Shown: positions 9,500 through 20,398, numbered from the stretch's first letter. The stretch: DNA of 64,000 bases from an uncultured Anaerolineales bacterium (GCA_964383935.1 CAYLIE010000001.1:11073-75072); one strand, 5' to 3'. Notes: generated from the letters alone by a model not told the origin. Made by a program: numbers and translations.

Positions 9500-9616
9500 G
9501 GCTCAACCCTCCTCGGGGTTGTGGGTCGTGTTCCCAGTTGGCTGTAGTCGATGCTGAGGGAAAGAGGGGAATGCAGCCCTGCGCCTGCGCACAAGCAAGC
9601 GTTCCTCGGCTCTTCG

Positions 9617-10591
9617 CTACTCTGTAACGAAGGGCCTACCCAAGGCTGACGGCGGGGCTACCCGCAACGCTTCCCTTAGCAGGCGGCGTATCCGAGGCGG
9701 GAAGAGGGAAAGGAGACGCTCCAGAGCCCCCCCACTTACGAAGAGAAGAACTAAAATCATGAGAGCAAAAGGCGCTGCCTGGAAGACCTGGGTAGGCACC
9801 CCGGGGATGCTCCGCTGTAGAATGCCACCTAGTGATATTAGCGCCCCGAAGAGGTAGGCTCCAAAGGCCACTCGAAGTGGGTGCCAACCTCCAAAGATGA
9901 CGATAGCCAGAGCGATCCAGCCATTGCCCAGGGTGTGTCCTTCGCTCCAGCCTAATTTCACGCTCAAGGAGTAGGCAGCGCCGGCGATCCCTACCAAGGC
10001 GCCGCCCGTCATCGTGTAGAGATACCGCAGTCGGTTGACGTTAACCCCCCGGGCAAAGGCCGCCTCTGGCCTCTCCCCAACCCCTCGTAGCCTGAGCCCT
10101 GCCTGGGTCTTGAATATCCAGAACCAGACCACGACTATGAGCACGATACTGGCGTAAACCAGAATATCATGTCTAAAGAATATCTCCCCCACGACAGGGA
10201 TATCACGCAACAGGGGGATGGGCATATGGGGAACCCTAGGGCCCGGTCGGCGAACAAAGGGCTCACCCAGGAAGTTAGCCAATTCAGCGCCCAGGAGGGT
10301 GAGCACAAAGCCCACCGCTACCTGGTCCTGATGCAAGGTAATACTAGCGAAAGCGATGAGGAGCGCAATAAGGGCTCCCACCATCATGGCGGCCAAAAAG
10401 CCCAAAACCACATTTCCGGTCAGATAGGCCACCGCGAAGCCACTCATGGCCGAGAGCATGATGGAGCCATCCAGGGAGAGGTTTATAACCCCTGCCCTCT
10501 CACTGATCGTCTCACCCATGCCGGCTATGACCAGCGGGGAGGAGTCAGCCAACACCGAGCCTAGAATGCGAATCAGAAAAGCGATCTCCAT
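9617..10591 (-). CDS. ABC transporter permease (BMP/nucleoside-type uptake system)
   Basis: 324-aa polytopic membrane protein with overlapping stop/start to the upstream permease. Shares an operon with a BMP-family lipoprotein and a duplicated-ABC ATPase. Confidence 0.75.
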   Translation of the reverse strand: MEIAFLIRILGSVLADSSPLVIAGMGETISERAGVINLSLDGSIMLSAMSGFAVAYLTGNVVLGFLAAMMVGALIALLIAFASITLHQDQVAVGFVLTLLGAELANFLGEPFVRRPGPRVPHMPIPLLRDIPVVGEIFFRHDILVYASIVLIVVVWFWIFKTQAGLRLRGVGERPEAAFARGVNVNRLRYLYTMTGGALVGIAGAAYSLSVKLGWSEGHTLGNGWIALAIVIFGGWHPLRVAFGAYLFGALISLGGILQRSIPGVPTQVFQAAPFALMILVLLFVSGGALERLLSLFPPRIRRLLREALRVAPPSALGRPFVTE

Positions 10592-11622
10592 CAGTCCCCT
10601 CTAAGGAGCCTCGTCCTAAGGCCAGCCACCAACAACACAGAGAGCACCAGACCGGCCTCCAGTACACCCGCCAGTGAAGGGTCCAGTTGCATCCGTAGGT
10701 GAAGCCGGGCTGCGCCCACCCCGATGGCGGCGAAGAAGAGGGCCACGGGGGCCACCCCTAAGGCCCTGAAACCAGATAGCATAGTCACTAAAAGGGCCAG
10801 ATAGCCGATACCGCCAGAGATCTGAGGTATGTCCCTCCCCCAAACACCGGAGACCTGAACCACCCCTGCCAGTCCAGCCAGGGCCCCACAGAGGGCGAAG
10901 GACAAAAGCATATGCCGGTTGGTGGCTATGCCCAAGAGATAGGCTGAGCGGACGTTCTTGCCTATAGCCTTTAACTGCAAACCCCATAAGGTGCCTCGTA
11001 GGATGAAGAAAACCACCACCACGGCCATGACAGCCAGGAGCAAAGAAACCGGACTAAGCCGCAACCCGGCCAGGCGGGGCAGCCAGGCCGCCGGTTGGAA
11101 GGGGTCCGTGCCTTGCATGGTGGCCCCCAGGTCCGGCCTCCAAGGCTTGGCGATTAACCAGATGTTGGTGGTCATGGCTATGAAATTCAGGCCCAGTCCC
11201 GCGAATATTTCGTGCACGCCCCCGTAGACCTTCAATGTCCCGGCCAAGAATCCCCAGAGAGCACCTCCGATCATCCCGGCCACTATCATGAGGGGGAGTA
11301 AGAGCATTACTGGGAGATAGATGTTACGGGCTACCCAAGTAGCGAATATGACTCCAAAGATGATCTGGCCCTCAACGCCGATATTCCAGAGGCCAGCGGT
11401 AAAAGTAAAGAGAAGGCCTGCAGAACAGAGCACCAGGGGCACCCAGACTACCAGGACGTCGGCTATCTTGGCCGGGCTCTCCGATGCCCCCTGTAAAAGA
11501 TGCTTATACGCCTCCAAGGGAGGAGCGCCAGCAGCGATGAGAACGAGAGTAGAGAGCATCAAGGCCAAGGCGATAGGAGCCAGGCCAAGGAGCAGATTCG
11601 CTAACCTGTGAGAGTAGGTCAT
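10591..11622 (-). CDS. ABC transporter permease (BMP/nucleoside-type uptake system)
   Basis: 343-aa polytopic membrane protein. 4-nt overlap with the ATPase gene upstream. Confidence 0.75.
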   Translation of the reverse strand: MTYSHRLANLLLGLAPIALALMLSTLVLIAAGAPPLEAYKHLLQGASESPAKIADVLVVWVPLVLCSAGLLFTFTAGLWNIGVEGQIIFGVIFATWVARNIYLPVMLLLPLMIVAGMIGGALWGFLAGTLKVYGGVHEIFAGLGLNFIAMTTNIWLIAKPWRPDLGATMQGTDPFQPAAWLPRLAGLRLSPVSLLLAVMAVVVVFFILRGTLWGLQLKAIGKNVRSAYLLGIATNRHMLLSFALCGALAGLAGVVQVSGVWGRDIPQISGGIGYLALLVTMLSGFRALGVAPVALFFAAIGVGAARLHLRMQLDPSLAGVLEAGLVLSVLLVAGLRTRLLRGD

Positions 11623-13151
11623 CCTCTTTTTCCCCCGATCAAGTAGCCCAGTTGCTCCACGTCCGTCTGGTTGGCATCCAAGATCTCAAGCATCCTTCCC
11701 CCTGAAAAGACCAGAATCCTATCGCTGCGCTCCAAGATCTCGTCCAGATCCGCGGAGGTAAAGAGTATGGCTGTGCCTTCTTCTCTACGCTCCAGCAACC
11801 TATCCCAAACCCACAGCGCCGACTCCACATCTAGGCCACGGGTGGGGTGCTCGAGGAGAAGAAGCCGCAAGGAATCGGGAAGTAGAGCCAAAAGTGCTCG
11901 CTGCTGGTTGCCGCCGGAGAGCCCCTCCACGAGGGTGGAAGGGCTGCCTATAATGTTGAACTCTTCGATTTTGCGCGCGGTATCCCCTCTAGCCAAAGCC
12001 CAGTTAATGAAGAAGGGAGACCTTCCCTTTCTAGCCAGCACGAAATGCTCCGTCAAATTCAAGCCTGGGATCAGACCCTCTTCTAGTCTCCCTGCAGGGA
12101 GGTAAGCCCCTCCCGCATCTAAGAACCTCTGGTACGATTTGCCACTCATATCCTTTCCCTGGAGGGAGAGAGAGCCTCTACTGGGCTTGATGAGGCCCGC
12201 ACAGGCTCGCAAGAGGAGCCTCTGCCCGCTACCCTCCAAGCCCGCCAGCCCGATCACCTCACCAGCCCTTACCCGCAAGGAGATGGGGGAAAGGTCAAAT
12301 CTATAGGTGTGCACACCCAACTCCCTCAACTCAAGAACTGGCTCGCCCAGGGAAACCTCCTCGGCGACACGCGTGGTGATTGCCTGTCCGAACATAAGGC
12401 GCACCAGCTCCTCGGAGGTACAGGGCATGGTTATTTCCCCGGCCACTTTCCCCCTCCTCAAGACGGTGACTTCAGAACAGAGTTCCAGCACCTCCTCTAG
12501 TTTATGAGAGACGAAGATCACCGACTTACCCTCTTCCTTCGTCAGCCGGTGCAGGGTGGCAAAGAGGGTCACCTTCTGCGGAGTGGAGATCCCGGTGGTT
12601 GGTTCATCGAAGATCAACACCTCCACACCCAGGGAGAGTAACCGTACGATCTCCAACTGCTGCCTTTCCCCCACGGCAAGGGTATTCACGTAGGCTTCAG
12701 GATCTAGGGCGAACCCAAACCTCTCCGAGAGTTCCAAAAGTTCCTTCCTCGCCGGCTGTCTCTTCTGCAAGAAACCGCTATCTCGTCCGAAAAGGAAGTT
12801 ATCTAGCACCTTCAAAGGGGGGAAATCCAAAGGATCTTGATGAAGCATCCCTATCCCCTTTTCAATGGCCTGGGCTGGAGAGGAGAAGAAGGTCTCTTTT
12901 CCGTCTAGAAGAACCCTTCCCCCCTCAGGACTCAAGAAGCCAGAGAGAACTTTCATGAGGGTGGTCTTGCCAGCGCCATTCTCCCCCAACAATCCATGGA
13001 TGGTCCCCGGCTCCACGTTCAGGGAGATACCATCGTTGGCGCGAACGCTGCCAAAGTATTTCTTGATCTCTTTCAGTTCGACTTTCATCGCTTCTCTTGC
13101 CAATGCCAAGGGAGGGGCAAAGCGACAGGCCGTCACCTCCCCCTCCCTCAA
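11619..13151 (-). CDS. ABC transporter ATP-binding protein with two fused ABC domains
   Basis: Walker A GENGAGKTTLMKVLSG, signature LSGGNQQR, and a second domain GLAGLEGSGQRLL ... LLLEHPTRGLD. 510 aa. Confidence 0.85.
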   Translation of the reverse strand: MREGEVTACRFAPPLALAREAMKVELKEIKKYFGSVRANDGISLNVEPGTIHGLLGENGAGKTTLMKVLSGFLSPEGGRVLLDGKETFFSSPAQAIEKGIGMLHQDPLDFPPLKVLDNFLFGRDSGFLQKRQPARKELLELSERFGFALDPEAYVNTLAVGERQQLEIVRLLSLGVEVLIFDEPTTGISTPQKVTLFATLHRLTKEEGKSVIFVSHKLEEVLELCSEVTVLRRGKVAGEITMPCTSEELVRLMFGQAITTRVAEEVSLGEPVLELRELGVHTYRFDLSPISLRVRAGEVIGLAGLEGSGQRLLLRACAGLIKPSRGSLSLQGKDMSGKSYQRFLDAGGAYLPAGRLEEGLIPGLNLTEHFVLARKGRSPFFINWALARGDTARKIEEFNIIGSPSTLVEGLSGGNQQRALLALLPDSLRLLLLEHPTRGLDVESALWVWDRLLERREEGTAILFTSADLDEILERSDRILVFSGGRMLEILDANQTDVEQLGYLIGGKRG

Positions 13152-13162
13152 AGCGAAGATCT

Positions 13163-14356
13163 CTACTCGCTCGGCCCCTCCATGCCTTCCAGGAGTTGCC
13201 TCAGGTACCAGATCTGCTCATCGGTGGCTACCTGGCCCTCCGCCAGATAGGTGGTGCCATCCTGGTAGTTGAGGGGGCCTACAAAGAGCTTGATGTCGCC
13301 GGAAGCCAGCCCCGAGATGTACTCTTGCACTTGCGCCTTCTGAGCCTCGGGCAGCCCATCCCCGAAGAGGAAGCCCGCGTGGCTAGTGTCGGGGTTGTTG
13401 ATGTCGCTCCAATCGGGGCCGTTCCAATCCCAGCTCTGTTTCCAGGTGCCATCCACCACCGCCTTGACCGTGGAGAGGTAAGCCGGACCCCAGTTGAAGT
13501 AGGGCACCCCCAGGCAGATATCAGGGGCTTCGTCGCAGGCATAGATGTAGTCATAGGGGATGGCGAAGACGCGCGCGCCCTGATCAGCCCGTTGTTTGGC
13601 CACCACCAGGCCCTCCGTGGTGTCGATCCCGGAGATCACCACATCGGCTCCCTCATCGAAGAAGCCGTTGGCCACCACGGTGGGATCGAGGGTAACTCCT
13701 GGGAGATGGAACCAGAAACCGATCCAGGTCACGATGAAGCGCAGATCGTCAGGGTCCAATCCCTGGTAGTGCTCATAGCAGTAGCGAGCCCCTAGATAGG
13801 CCGCTGAGGCTAGCCGGCGGGTCTCGTCGTTGATCAGGGGGCCCAGGTAAGCGATGGTCCCGCTGTCGGTCATGAGGGCGGCGGTGCAGCCAGCGACGCC
13901 CTTCATATACTCCATCTGGCCCATAAAGTTGCCTTCGTTGGATGGGGCTTCCCCGGTTAGCACATCGTCGCCCGAGACGTTGATGAAGACGATCTCCGGG
14001 TACTTCTCGGCCACCCCGATGGTGTCCTCTTCAAAAGCATCGGAGGTGGTGAGGATCAGTTGAGCCCCCTGGGCCACCATATCGTCCACCACCTGTTCCA
14101 GGGTCACCTCGCCTCCGGGGATGAGGCTCTCATAGACGATGAAATCCGACCCGGGAACGTGCTCTTTTGCGTATTCAGCCGCGATATAGTGGGCCTCGCT
14201 CCATCCATGGTCGTCTTTGGGGCCCACCAGAACGATGCCGAAGAGGAACTCCTCGGGGGTAGGGGTGGCTGCCGGAGTCGCTGGTCCCGCACAACCTGCT
14301 ACTAGAAGAGCCACCACTACTAGAAGCGCCCATAGGCCAATGACACGTTTAGACAT
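13163..14356 (-). CDS. BMP-family (basic membrane protein) ABC substrate-binding lipoprotein
   Basis: Lipoprotein signal MSKRVIGLWALLVVVALLVAGC with a Pro/Thr linker. Start set at the internal ATG 14356, preceded by AAGGAGGG RBS; the ORF track extends 22 codons further upstream. Confidence 0.75.
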   Translation of the reverse strand: MSKRVIGLWALLVVVALLVAGCAGPATPAATPTPEEFLFGIVLVGPKDDHGWSEAHYIAAEYAKEHVPGSDFIVYESLIPGGEVTLEQVVDDMVAQGAQLILTTSDAFEEDTIGVAEKYPEIVFINVSGDDVLTGEAPSNEGNFMGQMEYMKGVAGCTAALMTDSGTIAYLGPLINDETRRLASAAYLGARYCYEHYQGLDPDDLRFIVTWIGFWFHLPGVTLDPTVVANGFFDEGADVVISGIDTTEGLVVAKQRADQGARVFAIPYDYIYACDEAPDICLGVPYFNWGPAYLSTVKAVVDGTWKQSWDWNGPDWSDINNPDTSHAGFLFGDGLPEAQKAQVQEYISGLASGDIKLFVGPLNYQDGTTYLAEGQVATDEQIWYLRQLLEGMEGPSE

Positions 14357-14823
14357 CTTCTCCCTCCTTAAGTGCACTAATAGACCCACTTCAGTGCTCT
14401 GCTCTCCGCTCCCTTCTATCACCTCCCTTTCGCTGCTTGAGGCCTGCTAATGCTGCTAGGCGCAGAACCTTATCTCAGGCCGCATCAGCCTCCCAGCCTA
14501 GTCGCTCTTTCGAGCCCTCCAAACTGAAGTGTAGCACAATCCGCCATATTTGGCAATGGCCAGAGGCCGAGAGAAAAAATTTTCAAATTACCTTACTGGT
14601 CCTTGGAGAATGGACTGATACTAAGCAATTCAACTGGCATCGTTTCAGCTACGAGTTGGTCAAAAGATGGCGAGGAGATGACTCTTGTGGTACACTAGCG
14701 AGAGTTGCCATGGGGCGGGGAGGAAGAGCGAATTCTCTGTATGCACGGATCGAGGCCACTCTTCTGATAGGGGATGTGAAGATCAGGCCAGGCCGCTCGG
14801 AGCAACGTTTGGGAGGGGAATAG

Positions 14824-15801
14824 GTGATCAGGCCATCCTTTAGGGATATCTTGGCTGCGCAACGAAATGTGGGGGGACTCATAAGGAGGACACCTTTAGA
14901 ATATTCCCCCCTCCTCAGCCGCAAAACCGGCTGCCAACTCTATTTGAAACTGGAGAATTGGCAGAAGACCGGCTCCTTCAAAGTGCGGGGGGCCACTAAC
15001 AAGGTAGCTAGCCTCTCGGAGGCGGAAAGAGCCGAGGGTTTAGTTACCGCCTCCTCGGGGAACCACGGACTGGGGGTCTTCTACGCTGCTCGGGCCCTCG
15101 GTGGCTTGAAGGCAACGGTATTCGTTCCCACCAATGCTCCTCGGTCGAAAGTGGAGAAGTTGCAAGGGTTCGAAGGGCAACTTTTTCTGGAGGGCAAGGA
15201 CTACGACGAGGCGGATACGATAGCGCAAGAATTCGCCCGGAAGCAAGGGGCTACCTATATCCACGCTTATGAGGATTCGGAGGCTATCGCTGGGCAGGGC
15301 ACTGTGGGGCTGGAGATCATGAGCGACCTACCGAAGGTAGAAGCGCTTCTGGTGCCTGTAGGTGGCGGCGGCCTCATCTCTGGGGTGACTATCGCTGCCA
15401 AGACGATTAACCCTGGGGTGAGGGTGATCGGCGTTCAGTCAGAGGCCTCGCCGTCGGGCTATCTCTCTCTGAGGGATGGCCGTGCCTATGAGAGGTACGA
15501 GGCAGCCCCTACTATAGCCGAGGGGTTGGCAGGGGGGTTCGGGAGACTACCCTTGGAACTGATTAAGGGACGTGTGGAGGAGATAGTTCTCGTCACCGAG
15601 GAGGAGATCCGGGCAGCGGTGTTGGCTCTCTTGGAGTCAGACCAACTGGTAGTGGAGGGGGCTGGGGCCGTAGGTGTAGCGGCGCTTCTCGCGGGGAAGA
15701 TCGACCTTGAGGGCAAGAAGGTGGCGACGATCCTCTCGGGGGGCAACATCGACACCGACCTCCTCTTCCAGATAATGGCTGAGCGTTATGGAGGGGAGTA
15801 G
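14824..15801 (+). CDS. threonine/serine dehydratase-like PLP-dependent enzyme (fold type II)
   Basis: PLP-lysine motif 'SFKVRGATNK' and glycine-rich loop 'VPVGGGGLISG'. 325 aa. GTG start after a GGGAGGGG RBS. Confidence 0.75.
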   Translation: MIRPSFRDILAAQRNVGGLIRRTPLEYSPLLSRKTGCQLYLKLENWQKTGSFKVRGATNKVASLSEAERAEGLVTASSGNHGLGVFYAARALGGLKATVFVPTNAPRSKVEKLQGFEGQLFLEGKDYDEADTIAQEFARKQGATYIHAYEDSEAIAGQGTVGLEIMSDLPKVEALLVPVGGGGLISGVTIAAKTINPGVRVIGVQSEASPSGYLSLRDGRAYERYEAAPTIAEGLAGGFGRLPLELIKGRVEEIVLVTEEEIRAAVLALLESDQLVVEGAGAVGVAALLAGKIDLEGKKVATILSGGNIDTDLLFQIMAERYGGE

Positions 15802-15802
15802 A

Positions 15803-16616
15803 ATGAAAGTCTATATCTCCTGCGATATGGAGGGCATCTCTGGAGTAGTAAGTGGCGAACAGACCCACATGGGCAACAAGGAGTATGAACGGGCTTGCAA
15901 ACTTATGACCGAGGAGGCTAATGCGGCCATCGAGGGGGCGTTGGTTGGCGGAGCGACGGAGGTCGTGGTTAACGACGTCCAGGGGGAAGGACGGAATATC
16001 CTCATCGAGGGGTTGAACCCCAGGCCCGACTCATATCGGGTTGCCCCCAGGCCTTGGGGCATGACGCAAGGGATAGACGGAACCTTCGGCACCGCCTTTT
16101 TCATCGGATACCACGCTCAGGCGGGGACGAGAGATAGCGTCATCGCTCATACCGTTAGCGGCCGCATCTATCAGGTGAGACTCAACGGAGAGCCGATAGG
16201 CGAGACAGGGCTCAACGCCGCTCTAGCTGGCTACTTTGGCGTTCCCGTGGTCTTGGTCACAGGGGATAGTTGCTAGTCGAGGAGGCTAAGACCTTTCTGG
16301 AGCCTTCTTTGGAGACGGTGATCGTCAAAGAGGGGTATGGCACTCGGGCCGCCAAGTGCCTGTCGCCCCAAAGGGCACAACAACTGATCAGGGAGGCAGC
16401 AGAGAGTGCTTTGGAGGGGGGTGGGAAGCCCTTTAGGGTTTCCCCTCCTCTCCCCTCACTTTGAGTGTGGATTTCGCAAGGGGGGTACAGAGTGAGATGG
16501 CTGGACTGATTCCCGGCGTGGTGCGTCTTGAGAGCCGCCGGGCAGGGTATGCTGATGATGACTATTTAACCATCTACAAGGTCTTCCGGGCTATGAACAG
16601 CCTGGTGGCTCGATGA
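15803..16616 (+). pseudogene. dppA: D-aminopeptidase DppA (peptidase M55) split into three frames
   Basis: MKVYISCDMEGISGV...VLVTGDS* at 15803-16276, then LLVEEAKTFLEP...KPFRVSPP* in the -1 frame at 16270-16464, then MAGLIPGVVRLESRRAGYADDDYLTIYKVFRAMNSLVAR* at 16497-16616. All three match consecutive parts of DppA. Two frame disruptions, the second in a C/G-rich run. Confidence 0.5.
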
Positions 16617-16632
16617 CCTTAGGGAGGGGAGT

Positions 16633-17628
16633 ATGTCTCGGGAGATCCGTGTTATCCATTATGGCCTGGGAGCCATCGGTAGTCAGATAGCCAGGCTAGT
16701 CCTTTCCAGGGAAGGGATGCGGTCTGTGGCCGCCATCGATATCGACGAGGGAAAAGCGGGCCGGGATCTGGGCGCGGTGATCGGTCTTGACCGACTTTTG
16801 GATATACCCGTCTCTAAAACCTTGGCCTCCGCTCTGGAGGGGAAAGAGGCTGAGGTGGTTCTCCATTCCACAGGCTCCTTCTTGGAGAAAGTGATCTCCC
16901 AGTTGTGGGAGGTTATCAGCGCTGGCCTCCATATCATCTCCACCTGTGAGGAACTGGCCTACCCCGCGGCTCAGCACCCCAAACTTGCGGTCGAGATCGA
17001 TGCCTTGGCTAAGGAGCGAGGGGTTACGGTCTTAGGCACCGGTGTTAACCCTGGATTCATAATGGACACCCTGCCTCTAGTTATCACCGGGGCTTGCCAG
17101 GAGGTCCAACGGATCTATGTTAGGCGGAGGGTGGATGCTGGTCGCCGCCGGCTCAGCCTGCAGCGGAAGGCGGGAGCGGGGCTCACCCTGACTGGGTTTC
17201 AGGATGGGGTGAAGGCTCGCCGGGTGGGACATATAGGCTTGCGGGAATCGGTGGCCATCATCGCTGGGGCCCTGGGTTGGGAACTAGAATCCATAGAGGA
17301 GAGCCTGGAGCCGGTGATCGCTGAGCGGCCGATGCGTACCCAGTTCTTGGAGGTGGAAGCAGGTCAAGTAGCGGGTGTACATCAGATCGGGCGGGGGATC
17401 AAGGATGGACAAGAGGTGATAACCCTTGACCTAGAGATATGTGTGGGTCTGGAGGGGGCAAAAGATACCATTTCTGTGGAGGGGAGACCCTCTGTCAAGT
17501 TAACTATTGAGGGGGTGCAGGGCGATATCGCCACCGCGGCTATGGTGGTGAACGCCATCCCCCGGATGGTCGATGCGCCGCCGGGCCTGGTGACTATGGC
17601 CGATCTGCCCCTCGTTTGCGCCCCCTAG
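16633..17628 (+). CDS. DapB-like NAD(P)-dependent dehydrogenase (dihydrodipicolinate reductase / 2,4-diaminopentanoate dehydrogenase family)
   Basis: N-terminal Rossmann motif IRVIHYGLGAIGSQIARLV. 331 aa. Co-directional with amino-acid catabolic genes. Confidence 0.55.
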   Translation: MSREIRVIHYGLGAIGSQIARLVLSREGMRSVAAIDIDEGKAGRDLGAVIGLDRLLDIPVSKTLASALEGKEAEVVLHSTGSFLEKVISQLWEVISAGLHIISTCEELAYPAAQHPKLAVEIDALAKERGVTVLGTGVNPGFIMDTLPLVITGACQEVQRIYVRRRVDAGRRRLSLQRKAGAGLTLTGFQDGVKARRVGHIGLRESVAIIAGALGWELESIEESLEPVIAERPMRTQFLEVEAGQVAGVHQIGRGIKDGQEVITLDLEICVGLEGAKDTISVEGRPSVKLTIEGVQGDIATAAMVVNAIPRMVDAPPGLVTMADLPLVCAP

Positions 17629-17814
17629 GGCCAGGCAGGCCTTTACAGATCGCCGCCTAGTCTCTAGTTAGGGGTTATATCTGCCTCGGCAAGGGAGGCT
17701 CTCTCACTTGAGGGAACCTCCCTTTAGGTCTGTCGGAGCCATTTGTGATATAATGAACAACAGTAGCGAACTGTCTTCACATAGTTGTGGGGAAACGATC
17801 CAAGGGAGGATGGA

Positions 17815-18747
17815 ATGCCACTCTTGAGAAGCCTGCTTTTGCGTCTTTCCCGCAGCACGACCCTTCGAGATTTCATCGTGGGGTTCAGTGTCTCCCGGCG
17901 GATGAGTCGCCGCTTCGTGGCTGGGGAGACCCTGGAGGAAGCGATCGAGGCGATCAGGTCTCTGAACCAGAGGGGGATCCTAGCCACCATCGACCACTTG
18001 GGGGAGAACGTCACCTCCCAAGAGGAGGCCCATCAGGCGATGGAGGAGTACCTGAGAGCCCTGGATGGGTTGGCGGATTCGGGGGTGGATTCGGGGGCGA
18101 GCCTCAAACTTACCCAGATGGGGCTTGATATCGATCGTAGTTTCTGCCAAGGGAACGTAGGCCAGATCGTGGAGAAAGCCAAAGGGTATGGTATCTTTGT
18201 GCGGATAGACATAGAGGGCTCACCCCATACGGAGAGGACAATCCAGGTCTATAGAGCCTTGCGGCAGAGGTACGACAACGTGGGGATCGCCATCCAATCC
18301 TATCTTTATCGTTCAGAGGATGATGTACGGCAGATGATACCCCAGGGGTTAAACGTTCGTTTGTGCAAAGGGGCTTACGACGAGCCGCCCGACATCGCCT
18401 TCCCCGATAAGAGGGATGTGGACGCCAACCTGATAAAACTGACGGAGATGCTCCTCACCGAAGAGGCGAGGAGGGCAGGATGCTACCCGGCCCTAGCCAC
18501 TCACGACGAGAGGATCATCAACTGGTGCAAGGAGCACGTTCAAAAAGAGGGTATCGGCAAAGAGGAGTTCGAGTTCCAGATGCTCTACGGCATCCGCCCT
18601 CAGTTACAGCAGGAGTTGGCAGACCAGGGTTATCGGGTTCGGGCCTATGTCCCTTATGGGAATTCTTGGTACCCCTATCTTATGCGCCGCTTGGCTGAGC
18701 GGCCAGCCAACCTCTTTTTCCTTTTGGGGAACCTCTTTAAGGCTTAG
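17815..18747 (+). CDS. proline dehydrogenase (monofunctional PRODH)
   Basis: Start set at MPLLRSLL, which follows an AAGGGAGGA RBS. Conserved PRODH C-terminal region ...YGIRPQLQQELADQGYRVRAYVPYGNSWYPYLMRRLAERPANLFF. Confidence 0.8.
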   Translation: MPLLRSLLLRLSRSTTLRDFIVGFSVSRRMSRRFVAGETLEEAIEAIRSLNQRGILATIDHLGENVTSQEEAHQAMEEYLRALDGLADSGVDSGASLKLTQMGLDIDRSFCQGNVGQIVEKAKGYGIFVRIDIEGSPHTERTIQVYRALRQRYDNVGIAIQSYLYRSEDDVRQMIPQGLNVRLCKGAYDEPPDIAFPDKRDVDANLIKLTEMLLTEEARRAGCYPALATHDERIINWCKEHVQKEGIGKEEFEFQMLYGIRPQLQQELADQGYRVRAYVPYGNSWYPYLMRRLAERPANLFFLLGNLFKA

Positions 18748-18849
18748 TGAGGCGACATTACCAGGTGGTATGGATGAACAGTGTTTGCGATTCGCGGAGT
18801 TTATCCTGACCCCGCAACCTCCCAAAAGATTCGGAGCAAGGAGTTACAA

Positions 18850-20398
18850 ATGAGACCTGAGTTCAAGAATGAGCCCATAATCGATTTTTCCCAGCCGGCC
18901 AACAGGGAGGCGATGGAGAAAGCCCTGGCCCAGGTGGAGTTAGAACTGGGTAGAAGGTACCCTCTCATCATCGGGCGGAGAGAGGGTGGAAACGGGGGAG
19001 GGGTTTGATTCCACAAACCCCTCCCACCCCCGGCAGGTGGTAGGGAGATTCGCCCAGGCGGCTCAGGTGGTGGCTAAGCGGGCGGTGGAGGTGGCTAACG
19101 AGGCGTTCCAGAGGTGGAAGAGGGTAGAGCCAGAGGTGCGAGCCCGTTACCTCTTCAAAGCGGCGGCTGAACTGAGGCGGCGAAGGCTGGAGTTCGACGC
19201 CTGGATGGTCTACGAGGTAGGCAAGAACTGGGTGGAAGCGGATGCCGACACCGCCGAGGCGATAGATTTTCTGGGGATCTATGGTCACCAGATGCTCCGC
19301 TTGGCTTTGCCCCAGCCAGTGACCACCATAGAAGGAGTGGAAAACGAACTGGTCTATATCCCCCTTGGGGCGGGGGCGGTCATCTCTCCCTGGAACTTCC
19401 CTTGTTCCATCATGGTAGGCATGACCATGGCCTCGGTGGTGGCGGGCAATACGGTGGTCTTGAAGCCGGCCTCCACCTCGCCCACCATAGCCGCCAAATT
19501 TATGGAGATATTGGAGGAGGTGAGCCTCCCCCCAGGGGTAGTGAACTTCCTCCCTGGCCCAGGCGGGGTGATAGGTGACACCTTGGTCACACATCCCAAG
19601 ACCCGGTTCATCGCCTTCACCGGTTCCAAGGAGGTGGGGCTGCGGATCAATGAACTTGCGGCCAAGCCCCAAACGGGCCAGGTTTGGATCAAGCGCACCA
19701 TCCTGGAGATGGGAGGCAAGGATGCGGTGGTGGTGGATTCCAGTGCTGACTTGGAGGCGGCCGCGGAAGGGATCGTCACCTCCGCTTTTGGGTACCAGGG
19801 GCAGAAATGCTCCGCAGGCTCTCGAGCCATCATCTTGGATGATGTCTATGATCAGGTGGTGGATAGAGTGGTGGCCCTTGCGGCGAAACTCACCATCGGC
19901 CCGGTGACAGACCCCCATAACTACCTAGGTCCAGTCATCGACCAAGCGGCCTTTGACAAGATAATGGGGTATATCGAGATCGGGAGGAGGGAGGCCAACT
20001 TATTGGCAGGTGGCCAGCGCGCCATAGAGGAAGGTTACTTCATCCAACCCACCATCTTCGGGGATGTGCCCCCTGAGGCTCGCATCGCCCAGGAGGAGAT
20101 TTTCGGGCCGGTGCTTTCCATTATAAGGGCCCGAGATTTCGATCATGCTCTGGAGATTGCCAACGCCACCGAGTATGGTTTGACGGGGGCGGTCTATAGC
20201 CGCAACCGAGAACATCTGGAGCAGGCCCGCCGAGAGTTTCATGTAGGCAACCTCTACTTCAACCGCAAATGCACCGGGGCCCTGGTGGGGGTGGAGCCTT
20301 TTGGAGGCTTCAATATGAGCGGCACTGACTCCAAAGCCGGGGGCCGAGATTATCTCTTGCTCTTCACCCAAGCCAAATCCATCTCAGAGCGGCTCTAA
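18850..20398 (+). pseudogene. 1-pyrroline-5-carboxylate dehydrogenase (ALDH family), interrupted by a 1-nt frameshift near 18995
   Basis: N-terminus MRPEFKNEPIIDFSQPANREAMEKALAQVELELGRRYPLIIGRRE in one frame, body (V)ETGEGFDSTNPSHPRQVVG...470 aa in the +1 frame. Join lies in the G-run gagagggtggaaacggggg. Removing one G restores a continuous RocA-like protein. Confidence 0.6.

Noticed and set aside
14437-14823. 128-aa ORF in the 470-nt region between the BMP operon start and the threonine dehydratase gene; also checked for a purine/nucleoside riboswitch in the BMP 5' UTR
   Set aside because: No RBS or domain for the ORF, and no riboswitch consensus recognised. Region left as divergent promoter/UTR space.
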